Assembly: GCA_001179505.1 (NCBI GenBank)
Contig: CDMY01000418.1
Location: 17,365-81,364 of the forward strand
DNA length: 64,000 nucleotides
DNA from: Vitrella brassicaformis CCMP3155
Taxonomy: Eukaryota; Protista; Chromerida
Direction of reading: 5' to 3'
Position numbers and translations under genes: made by a program. The notes beneath the pieces were generated by a model. It was not told where the DNA came from and ran no database searches. It was given only the letters and a program-made list of their open reading frames with translations. Below are positions 45,874-57,300 of the stretch, piece after piece (positions within the stretch are counted from its first letter, which is position 1; the number at the start of each line of letters is the position of its first letter).

Positions 45874-46949
45874 TAGAATCCGCGCGCCCGTTACTCTGTC
45901 GCTTAATCCCGATGTTCCACTCGTGTCGTCGTGGAGTAGTCACAATTGCCTCACTGCCTTCGCATCGGCGGCGGCGCTCACGACTTATTGCCAATCCATT
46001 CTTTCTCTGACCGCGCCTTCTTGCGCCACGCCGACAATCAGAGATTGCAGAGACCTGACTGTGCGTCTGCACCTTCCAACCGTCGGGGCCGTCGATGAAT
46101 CACAGCGTCGAACACATAGTGTATCCATCCGTTATGGGTCGTCCGTATTGTGTACGTATTTTGAGTCATGCAAATCGTTATACGAAGCATCGATCGTTTT
46201 TTGTATGCGCGTATCCGCCTCGTCTGCTGTGTCTCGAGCTAGAGACATGTCGCTCGTAACCGAATCACAGTCTACTGCAAGCTCCATCCCACTACTGATG
46301 GAACGACCATGGGCATGGGCTGTGTTGTCTCACGACACGCAGGTGCCCGAGAGGCGACTATCTGTCGTCTCTCGCTGCGCTGTCCGCGGCACGCGCCATT
46401 CTTGCGCCGGCTGCCATGTCAGGTGCGGAGGTTGCTGGAGCCAGCGACTGGATCAGCTTATCGCGTTTCTCCCACCCTCCCAGCCCGGCAGCGCCCCCTG
46501 TGTTGTCTCACGACACGCAGGTGCCGGGAGGCGACTATATCTGTCGTCTCTCGCTGCGCTGTCCGCGGCACGCGCCATTCTTGCGCCGCTTGTCCATTTC
46601 AGGTGCGGAGGTTGCTGGAGCCAGCAGGCAAGAGCGCGCCTCGCTCGCTCAGAGCTCGCGAGTCCCGAACATCATATGTGCAGCTGGCTCCCGGTGGTGT
46701 TCGATTTTAGGGGTCGCCAAGTCTGACCTCAGTGAGTGCCGGGTGGATGCACTGATCAAACTTCACTAAAGGACCGATGGGCTCCGATGCGTTGCTCGTG
46801 TTAGGCAAGGGACAGTTTCACACACGAGAATCCATTTCCTCCCGATGGTGGCGGATTTAGTAAAGGAAAGTACAGTATTGTACTTTGATTCGGATTACTC
46901 CGCTTTAAGTCAAGCACATCAATGCAGCAACCGCAGGAAGGGCCACTAA

Positions 46950-47530
46950 TGTCAGTAAAGCAAAGCAAAGCAAAGCAAAGGGAGGGGGGGAGCAAGGGGG
47001 GGAGACCGCCCTCAAGCAAAGTGAAGTAAGTAAAGCAAAGCAAAGGGGGGAGACCGCCCTCAAGCAAAGTAAAGCAAAGCAAGTAAAATTAAGCAAAGGG
47101 AAGGGGGGGAGCGCCCTCAAGCAAGTGAAGTAAAGTGAAGCAAAATGAAGCGAAGCTTCGCGAAGACCGCGACGGGAAGCAAAGAGTCAAGCGTTGAACC
47201 GGACCAAATACATAGCAGCCGAAGACGGAAGCGACAGACGGATGAACTCGTAAGCACTATGACGCGTCCACTGACTCTACTTTGCTTTAATGGTCGCTTC
47301 TCGCTCTGCTTCGCTTTGCTTTACTTTGCTTCACTTCACTTTAATGGGCTTCTCGCTCTGCTTCACTTTACTTACTTTACTTCACTTCACTTTGGTGGTC
47401 CTTCTGCTCTACTTCACTCTACTTTACTTTACTCTGCTTACTTTGGTGGGTATGCTCGAAAGAGGATTACTCTACTTTGCTCTACTTTGCTGGGGCCCGC
47501 CTTGTCCCTGCCAGATTACTTTGCTTTGCT
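46950..47530. repeat. Two oppositely oriented pentamer arrays, (AAAGY/GAAGY)n then (RCTTT/RCTTC)n, around a ~130-bp core
   Basis: Direct reading; the left array has three GGGGGGAG(AC)CGCCCTCAAGCAA higher-order units. Confidence 0.85.
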
Positions 47531-47544
47531 GGATCCGCCATGGC

Positions 47545-48176
47545 CTTTGTGCACGAGCGTGAGCGGGACGACCATCAGTGCGGTGAGGCAAATGCCATAG
47601 GGGAACGGGCCGACGGCATACTTGAAGGCTCTGAAGGACCTGTACGAGGTGACCAGGCGAGAGAAGATCTACGAGCTGTGGCTACAGATGGTGTCGTTCG
47701 AGTGGCAGGCTGGTGTCCTATCGATGGACAGCCTGGAGGAGCATCTCGGACGCCTCTCTCAGCTGGTGCGACGCCTGACGACCATCAAGGACGACGAGTC
47801 CGAGAAGCCGACGGAGGGGCTCAAGATGGCGATTCTGCTGGACTCGCTGCCACAGCACTTCGAGAATTTGCATGCCATCGCGGCCGCGCAGAAGGACCTC
47901 GACTTTGAGGGCCTCGTGGCGCTGGTGAGGAGCTTCACCGACCAACACCTGCGGGGCTCTTCCATCGAGATCTGCATGTCAAGTGCTGTGAAGTCGGAGA
48001 GGACGTGGATGAGCGGTCGGGGAGCGGCCGAGGAGCCGGTCGGGCATAGGAGAGGCGACCCCGAGTGCCCGCGGCCCAAGAAGAAGGAGGGATCGGCTGT
48101 CGGCGGTGCTTTTGCCGATGAGGATTCCCCGCTTTTCGAGCCGTCGTACATTGGCGGGATTGAGATGATGTCCTGA
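47545..48176 (+). pseudogene. gag: Copia-type gag remnant
   Basis: AYLKALKDLYE...SLEEHLGRLSQLVRRL...KMAILLDSLPQHFENL...DFEGLVALV; degenerate knuckle GHRRGDPECP; in-frame TAG upstream. Confidence 0.65.
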
Positions 48177-49256
48177 CTGTGAGACAGTGCGGCAGGATAC
48201 GGCAGCTATGATGATGTGTGCATTGCCTTGGCTGTGAGTGATGGCGTGGTTGTCCATCTGATACTCTGAGTAGCCTGGAGGGCTGGGAGCACTGAGTTCA
48301 TCTGAAGCTGTATGTATGCCTGGTGATGCATGGAATGAGCTGAAGAGTGAGGCAGTGTGTCTATCTCTTGAGAGCTGAGACATTCCTGTGGATGCCGATG
48401 GTTGCATTGGTGAGTGTGTCGAAGTTTGTCTCTGCCTGCCTCAGTGCAAGAGGGGGAAGGATGGCGTTTTTGCGGTAGAGGGGGAGCACGCACGTGCCCA
48501 GCAGTGCGAGAGGGGGTGTCGGAGCGTACGCCCTGCAGTACTTTGTGCATGCTCTGTCGATCGTGTTGCAGTACTTTGTGCCCTGCACGTACTGACCCTT
48601 GCATGTACGCTGTGTACGTGTGGACTTTCGTGTTTTCATGTGGGACACGGGATGATGGTCAAGGCTTCCTGAGCGGGTATGCTGTCCCTGTACCTGACGC
48701 ACGCAAGCGGCCATCGCTCCTCGTCCTGCCGGGCGAAAGTTTACACACCTCCGCCATAACATCGTTTGCACCGCAGTTGTCTTGGAAAGGTTCATCATTT
48801 GAGTGATGTTGCACTGCGGTCTCTTTCTTTTCACCATGCATGCTTTTCTGCTGCGCTCCCCTTGACCGCAAGACACGGCGACAGTCTCGTGTGAAAGCCG
48901 ATGGGTGCCAAGTTTTCTGCGCCTCCTCGTGAGCGGGGGCACGCTTTAGAGGCCATCAGTGACTCATACGAGTACCCAAGCGTGTTGTCGATCGAGCGAG
49001 AGCGTTTGCAATGGATGCGGAGGCGTCGATGTATGTATTGAGCTGCGGAGTGGCGAGTCCTGCACAGGTTTATGAAGACGCTCCTTAAAGAATCGCCAAC
49101 CAAGGGTGCTTAAGCGTGAGGCACGAATTTGTCATTTGCTATCGATTTATTGCCAAAACGACAAATGTGGTGATATTGATGTTTTGATCTGTCGTTGCTT
49201 ATCTCATCATTGGGCCACATCGGACACAGACACCGCGGGACAGAACGGCGGTAACA

Positions 49257-49787
49257 TCCGGAGCGACAGGCCTCGCGCTCCGGAGCGAGAGACGAACGGC
49301 TCCGGAGCGAGAGACGAACGGCTCCAGAGCGAGAGCTGGCGCTCCGATTGGCCACTGGCTGGGCATTACGGCTTTTTCCGGTGATCCCGAAGGACGAAAG
49401 TGCCGATTCGTTGATCTTTTCGGCACTTGCCGGATTTTCAGTGATTCCAGCCATTCCCATCCCTTCGGCGACTCCTACCTACTGACTGTGAAGCTGCCTG
49501 CTTGATCCTTCAAGAGGGAAGTTAAACCAACCAAGCCCAAGGCGTCAAGGCGTGCCACGAAGCAGACAGAAAGCCGTGTTGCCGAGGTTGGTGGCCTCAG
49601 CAGTTGTCATGAGTGTGTGTGTCAGTCGTGTCAGAGCCTGCCGTCGTCAGCAGGTGTGGTGCAGTGCCGTGTGAGACCTTATTCGTGTGCGTGTGCCTGT
49701 CGTTGAACCGTGAGTGTCTCCCATCGAGAAGTGTCAGTACTGTAGAGCATCGAGTAAGCGCTATCTCCATAGCGTGAACCCCATTCA
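49257..49787 (+). repeat. Diverged solo copy of the Copia terminal repeat plus ~130 bp of its 5' leader
   Basis: Matches the reverse complement of ~36955-37510 and ends ...GCGTGAACCCCATTCA. Confidence 0.85.
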
Positions 49788-50178
49788 AGCCGGTCCTGAC
49801 CACTCCTGGTGAGGGGCCCGGCGACACACCCCAGCACGTGGCTGGAAGGGGCAGCCCAAAGGCGACGTGCGTGCTGCACCATGACTCCATACGTACATAC
49901 CGCCCATCCCCAGCTGGCCAGCCAGTGCAGATCGACCAGTCACACATAAATATGCCCTTGACACAAACACACACGGGGAGATGAGGGTGTCCGAAAGCGG
50001 GGCGCCCGCCGCCCCGACTCTCCCACTTTGCGGTAAAAGACAGAGCCAGAAAGAAGCCAGTCGACTACCATCGGTCACTGTCGTCAGTCCCACCGCCACT
50101 GTTAACAAAAGAGAATAACGCTTACTCCACGAAACGGTTACTCAACGCCGGACTCCCTTTTCTCGTGAACTACGTAGT

Positions 50179-52900
50179 ATGTACATACAAACAAGGTTGT
50201 TGGCACTTTCCATGGACTGTCGATGCCGCGTTCGGTCACGAATATTCCCTGTTGCCGTGCTGTTGCTCTTGGTGCTGTGTGAAGCGAAAACGCGCGACGA
50301 ATGGGTGCAGTCTCATCGCGTCATTTACCAGCTGTTGACTGACCGGTTCACTTTGGAAAGGGGGAAGGAGCAGGACACCTGCGGGAGTGACAAGTGCGAG
50401 GGAGGGGGATACTGTGGTGGCACTTGGACGGGGCTGACGGAGCACCTGGACTACATCAAGGGCATGGGCTTCAACGCTATCTGGATATCGCCCCACGTGC
50501 AGAACACAAAATGCGGATTCCATGGTAACGGCCGATGAGAACCAAGGGGAAACGAGGTAATGTGGCTGGCTGTCAGGGTTCTGGCCGAAGAATTTCGATG
50601 AAGTCAACGATCATTTTGGCACGGAGGCTGACCTGCATGCCCTCATCAAACGGGCCCACGGCCTGGACTTGTGGATCGTCATGGACACAGGTGAGGATGG
50701 AAGGGCGGCAGGGCGACCAACACACCCTTTTTCTGTTCTTCTGTGTCAATTTGGGGTTACAGTACTGAACCACATGAGCATGGAGGAGCCGCTAGAGAAC
50801 CTGTGGCCCTTCAATGACACTATTTACTACCACAAAGACTGCCCCATGGACTACAACGACCAATACGCGGTGCGGAACTGCTGGCTGATGGGCCTGCCCG
50901 ATCTAGACGACGACATACCTCAAGTCAGGTACGACGGACTGTGCGAATTTTATGATGTGAGCCCATATGTCAATCAGGAAGTACCTAATCGACTGGGCGG
51001 AGTACCAAGTGCACAAGTTCGGCTTTGACGGCTACCGAATGGACGCCATCGCCCACATGCAGCCCGAGACACTATATGAGTTGTGGGAGCGGTTGTCCAA
51101 CACAACGTTGACCATCGGCGAGACCTTCATGGCATCTGCTCAGTCCATAGCTAGCTACCAATTCAACAGACTCCAACAAAGGCAACTCATGGACGGAGTA
51201 ACTAACAGACAAGACGCACAAAGATGGCGCCTGAGTGAGTGGTCACTCAGTTGCTGCTTTTGTGTGTGGATTGGTGTGCAGGTAACGAATTATCCGTTGG
51301 CCATACAGCTGCGTCTGGCGTTTGGTGAGAAAAAAACTCTGTATGGCGTCCAGTGGATGTGGGAACAACTCATTAAGGAAGTCAGGTAGGCAACAGATGG
51401 CCAACAAAACCTCACACGCTCTTTGAAAGCTTCTCACCCCCGTCCATCTCCGTACTCAAGTGACCTAAGTGCCTTGGCGCTCTTCATCGATTCCCACGAC
51501 CTTCAGCGATTCCTGAACCTCCAGCCCGATGTGACGCTCTTCACCAACGCACTCACCTGGATCCTCGGAGCTGACGGCATACCCATCGTCTACTACGGGT
51601 CGGAACAGGCAGCTACTTTCGGTGAGGGCCACAAGAAAAACGTATTCGGGTGGTCAATGCATGTCTGTCTGTGTTGATTGCCCCAGATATTCGCGAGCCC
51701 CTGTGGCGAAAGGGTTATGACCAGGAGGCCTTCCACTACAAGATGATAAGGCGAATGCTCACGCATAGGAAAGCGGGAGTCTTCGACGGGCCGCAACAAG
51801 AGAGATACGTAAGTTCATAGGAGACCGTGGCCAAGCTCGTCGCTCCATTTCTGTCAACCAGGTGGAGGACTGGCTGTACATCTACTCCCGCAACAACACA
51901 TTGGTGGTCACGTCCAACCTCGGCTCGGGCCACGGCAGACAGCCTTTTATCCCCAAAGAAAACCTGCCGACAGCATACACCACAGGGACCATCCTATGCA
52001 ATGTCCTTACTGACGCATGCGACACCATGGTGCAGGAAGGCGGCCTGAAAATCGTCATTGGCGAAGGCAAGCCATTGGTGCTCGTCATGGAAGGCGACTT
52101 CATTCCCGACAGCCCAGCCAACGACATCGGATGGCTGCCGACCACTACCGGCGATTATCCAGCCTTGCAAAAGGCAAGTACAGAGGACACCGCAAGTCCT
52201 GACGATTTCGTTAAGTTGTTGGAAGAAGAGAGAATTCCATACGGTGACTTGGGCAAACCACCGACCTTGGCATCCCTGGCAGATGCCGACTCGGCAGCTG
52301 ATTTGAATAAGTATTGCTTCGAGTACGCCGACTATCTGGGCAACGATGTGCGCGGTGTAACAGCGACGTCGCCCGACGAGTGCCAATCGGAATGCCAACA
52401 CGAGAACATGTGCGAGTACTTCTCGTTCATCTTCGTTCCGTCACTTCACCGGAATTGCTGGCTCAAGAATTCCAAAGAGGGGCGTGTGCAGATGTGGGGA
52501 GGAGAAAGCGCGTCCATTTCTGGGCCGAAAACATGCCGTACGCGTAAACACGAACGCATGTATTCAGGGAGAGCGAGGGAAGATGAAAAGGAGGCACATT
52601 TTCCTTCATGTTGTCAGCGGCCGACAGCGTTGTTGGCGTTAGAGCTTCCATTGAGGAGCGCGAGCAGTCGGCAGAACGAGGTAGTTGCACAGGTTGCTGT
52701 GATTGGTGTGATTGGTGTGATTGGTGTGTTTCATTGCAGGGTACACAGCGGCTCTTCGGGGGCAGTAGATCTACAGATGGGCTGGAGGACCTGGATGTCA
52801 TGATACGTGTGCGCAACTGTGTTCGTGAGTTGCCATGAGACACTATCCGCAGAGGGATACGAGGTGAAGAGACCTGTCAGCGGCGTGTGTAGCGGCTGAG
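50179..52900 (+). CDS. Secreted GH13 alpha-amylase (Taka-amylase-like) with C-terminal PAN/apple domain, multi-exon
   Basis: Signal peptide; [49 protein letters not shown] (nucleophile D), IGE (acid/base E), IDSHD (D), [11 protein letters not shown]; PAN Cys pattern at 52312-52536. 3' end approximate. Confidence 0.92.
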
Positions 52901-54329
52901 AGATAAGCGGAGACATGCACCAAGAAATCTCCCTTGGGGAAACGCGATAATTCCGTCCAATTGCACATTCGAACACTGCAGTGATCAAATGCTTGTCTTA
53001 CAGCCACACCCGAGTGTCCATATATGCCCATGCTGATGGGCTCGCTGTCGATACGCACAGACATATCTCATGCCAACACGAACGAACAGCAAAATGAGCC
53101 TGACATTCTTCATTCACCTCCGAGAGGAGCGAGCTTTTCTACATGTACAGACTTGTCCTTAGGGTACCCCTTCGGGGGGTCGAGTGACTGGTTTCTCGTG
53201 AGGTTAAGCATTAAATAACACAGGCGATCGCGGTCGAACGCATGCGACGACAAATTGGTACAAGCGCATGCGAAAAGGCTTGCCCCCGCGGAAGTCTGAA
53301 AAGGGTATATGGGATTGCCATGGGGATTGCTGAGTAGTTGATGGCTCTTTGTCGTCGTTTTCACCCATGACTTTCATAATTTTGATCATCTGCCGTATTG
53401 TGTCAATTCTGAGCGTGCTCTCTGCATTACTTTTCGTGCGGCGTCTTTTGCAAGCATCAAGCATCTCCACTTATCGCGGTCCCTGCAATCGATCGCTCGC
53501 GATTTTCACGTGCGCTTTGCAGCTCACTTTGGTCTCGTCGACCCCAGTTGGGAGAGACTCAAGATTCGTCATGTCTCTTTCCCTCCCTCGTGGCCCATCA
53601 GCAGTATCCCGTCCCCTTTGATCGTGTCTCTGTTTCATCCGCGTGTGGCGGGATATGCTCGACTCCGTTCAGGCTCTTCGTCTTCACACCTCACAACGTA
53701 CCTCCAAATGATAACGTGACGTCCGCTCGTTATGCAGAAGCCGCTCACGTGCACCCTTGTTACGTGGATGGCTGACTGTACGAGAGGCATTGCTCACTTT
53801 TCTTTCCCTTTCCCTTTCCCTTTCGCGACAAACTCGCTTGAGATACATCCCATATTTTTCAGGGTCGTCTTTCACTTTCTCTCTTTCAACGAGATGTCCG
53901 CGCCTCATACAAAGAAGACAGGGGCCGCCCACGTGAGCCACGCTGGTCAGAGAGCTTCTGAGCTTCTCCCCTGAAGAAAAGGGCTGATCTTTTTGGCGAA
54001 TCCTTGGCACCAAACGACCAACCTGCAGACAAACAAAGACAAACTTTACTTGCCCTGCTTTACTGTTCACGTTCACTGTCCATGAACGAAATAGCGTCGT
54101 GAAAGTCGGCCATCGTGTGGGCATCACGGGTCTTCTCTCGCAGCTTCTCCGCTTCATAAATCACCCAGCCACCTCCGAGGATGAGTCAGACTTTGGCATC
54201 ATCCTTGCCGCCGTCCGACTCTTTCTCGTCCTCTGCCCCCGCATTGCTGGCACTGCGACATCTCACACCAGCCATCACACAGCCCGAAAGAGCGACACTT
54301 GCAAAAAAATATGCTCTCTCTTTTTTCTT

Positions 54330-57300
54330 TCATTCATTCATTCATTCATTTGCGTTTCCTATGAATGCATGAAAATGCATCCATGGAAACGATATAGCAG
54401 GCCTGCAAAGACGAGGCAGGGACCAGGGCGGATGTTTGGCGCACCAAGGTTTCCCGGATTGGACATGGAGGGTGGAGGGGGAGAAGGGTGGATGGAAGAG
54501 AGAGAGAGGTCCGCGAGACGCTCAGGTGCACAGAGAGGCGCCTGCAGGCACACAGGAGACCCAAGAGGCAGCAGATGTGTCGATCGATCTTGTGTACATA
54601 TGTGTGTATGTATACATCTCTATGGATGTGTGTGAGTGGGCCTTCCTGTCAATGTGTGAGTACCTGGGTGAGTGAGTGAGTCGTCCGTCATCGGCTGAGT
54701 GAAGCAGCGCGTCCTCATGACAGTCAAAACTGTCAGAAAACGCCGCACAGACCTGAGTCAGACACAGAGTGAGAGTTTGAGTGCGTTTGCCTGTCATTTT
54801 CCCATCTGATTGACCTCTCACCGTGTCGAGCGTGACAAGGCGACCTCGCTAGGGTACGTGGCTGGGCAGGGCGAGTCGATAGTCCGAGAGAAAAAGGCGG
54901 TCAGTTCGCCGACAGACAGAATCGGTCTGAAGCAGACTGACGGTGGTCGCGCCGGGGAGCAGGCGGGTGGGCCGATAGTTAGAGGGTGTCAATGGCTACT
55001 GTGTGGTGTGGTGGCCGTGCCTTGGGACAGCTTGGCTGAGGCGCCACAACTCACCCACAGATGTGACATGGGTGTTTCTCCGCGGGGACGACGGATGGCG
55101 GGATGGGGTGGTGTGCACGATGTTCAGAGCAACACGCTTGACAAGTCGAGTGCCATCTTTGCCTAGCTGCGACCCCTCTGTGCCGAGTTGAGGTGTCCCT
55201 TCAAAGGTTACCCATGGCTAGCTCCCCGGCAACGCATCTCGGCACCACCATTGCAGTGATTTTGAATGCCCATGAGTACGCCCACCACATGCACACATCG
55301 TTAGGCAACCAACCAAAACGAACACCCGGTCCAGAACGCTGCGGGGCTGCCCAGCTTGTATACTTCCCCTGGGCCGGGGGAGGTGGTGTGCCAGGTATAT
55401 GTCGTGCGTGTACGCGTCTGTCTCGCGCTTCGTGTTCGTGTTGTGTGTGTACAGGTAAGTGTTCTTCTCTGTCTGTNNNNNNNNNNNNNNNNNNNNNNNN
55501 NNNNNNNNNNNNNNNNNNNNNNNNNNNNNNNNNNNNNNNNNNNNNNNNNNNNNNNNNNNNNNNNNNNNNNNNNNNNNNNNNNNNNNNNNNNNNNNNNNNN
55601 NNNNNNNNNNNNNNNNNNNNNNNNNNNNNNNNNNNNNNNNNNNNNNNNNNNNNNNNNNNNNNNNNNNNNNNNNNNNNNNNNNNNNNNNNNNNNNNNNNNN
55701 NNNNNNNNNNNNNNNNNNNNNNNNNNNNNNNNNNNNNNNNNNNNNNNNNNNNNNNNNNNNNNNNNNNNNNNNNNNNCTCTCTTCCCTTATCATCTGCTGA
55801 TGGCTAGATGACCCATCGATGGTGGTGCGGATGTTGCGACTACTGACGGATGGGATACATGGTGTGGACGACAGACTTGTGTCCATATACGTGTGTATCT
55901 GAAGGCTCATCCCTTCATTGATTTGTCCTTGCGTGGGTTCATGCACCGTGTGTCATCATGCACACAACACCAATACGGACACACACAGGCCGATGGGCCA
56001 GGCTTGGCAACCCTGGCTGGCAACACCTGCGCATGCATTCCTCAGCCAACCCTGCTGGGGCCCGAACACACCCAAATTCTACCACTAGACACCCTGATTG
56101 GCTACAGATGCTCGGATAGAGACATCGATGCATCGAGAGACATTTAGATCGGATCAGACAGACACGCACTGTATGTGGTGTGCTGTTGGCTTATCATGGG
56201 GTCTCAGGCCGTCACAGCCGCACCGCTACATGCGGACAAACAAGTTGCCATTTTGTGTGTCTCGTGACACGGCCAGTGTGACACACGGAGTAGTGATCGC
56301 TTGTCAACCTCCCTGCCGCAGATGCATTGCTGCGAGACGGTCGCACCATCAATATGCATGCGGGAGGCTGATGCCGGGACACTCGGCTGAAGCCAGGGCA
56401 AGTCAAGCAGAGCAGGAGGCCCGCTCTGAGGCATCCAAGGGGGTCCCCGGAAGTGGCTGCGGTGGGGGGGGGGNNNNNNNNNNNNNNNNNNNNNNNNNNN
56501 NNNNNNNNNNNNNNNNNNNNNNNNNNNNNNNNNNNNNNNNNNNNNNNNNNNNNNNNNNNNNNNNNNNNNNNNNNNNNNNNNNNNNNNNNNNNNNNNNNNN
56601 NNNNNNNNNNNNNNNNNNNNNNNNNNNNNNNNNNNNNNNNNNNNNNNNNNNNNNNNNNNNNNNNNNNNNNNNNNNNNNNNNNNNNNNNNNNNNNNNNNNN
56701 NNNNNNNNNNNNNNNNNNNNNNNNNNNNNNNNNNNNNNNNNNNNNNNNNNNNNNNNNNNNNNNNNNNNNNNNNGGGGGGGGGGGGGGGGAAGGGGGGCCG
56801 CGGCCAGGGAGGGGCCGCATGAGCGATCGTGACCGTCGCGATCGTTCACGCCCGACATGGGTTGTTCACAACTGAGATGGCGTCTTTTCATGATCACATG
56901 CCGCTGTCTCCCACCACCGCCAGACAGACGAGAAAATGAAGACAGCCACTTTCTGGCGCCATCAGCACGGCAAAGCGCCAGCTAAACGACGCCCTGCTCC
57001 TTTCTACTGCCCGACTTAGCACCTCGGACTTGTCTTTCCTTTACCCTCCTCACGTGCTCGGCCCGTGTTTCCTTCACAAGGCACGCAACCGCCCTCAAAG
57101 TGCATCGCTACACAACACACTTGCCTCCGTTGTAAGCGCATGGCTGCTGCACGACGCCTTGCTTTGTCCGATCCCTACACATCACTCCACTGCCCCCTTT
57201 TTCCCCTCGGACTTGTCTTTCCGGGAATAAAAAGCCACTACAATACACCTTCCGCTTAACTCGGTGCAGAGAAAATGCACGGCATCCTGTACTCTCGGCG

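Noticed and set aside
46950-47530. Interstitial telomere
   Set aside because: Units are pentamers lacking the GGG tract of TTTAGGG-type alveolate telomeres.
48831-49103. TLGYSYESLM as an HNH/viral endonuclease remnant
   Set aside because: No downstream His/Asn motif.
53200-54300. Short protein-like ORFs on both strands
   Set aside because: No family motifs and no supportable gene model.
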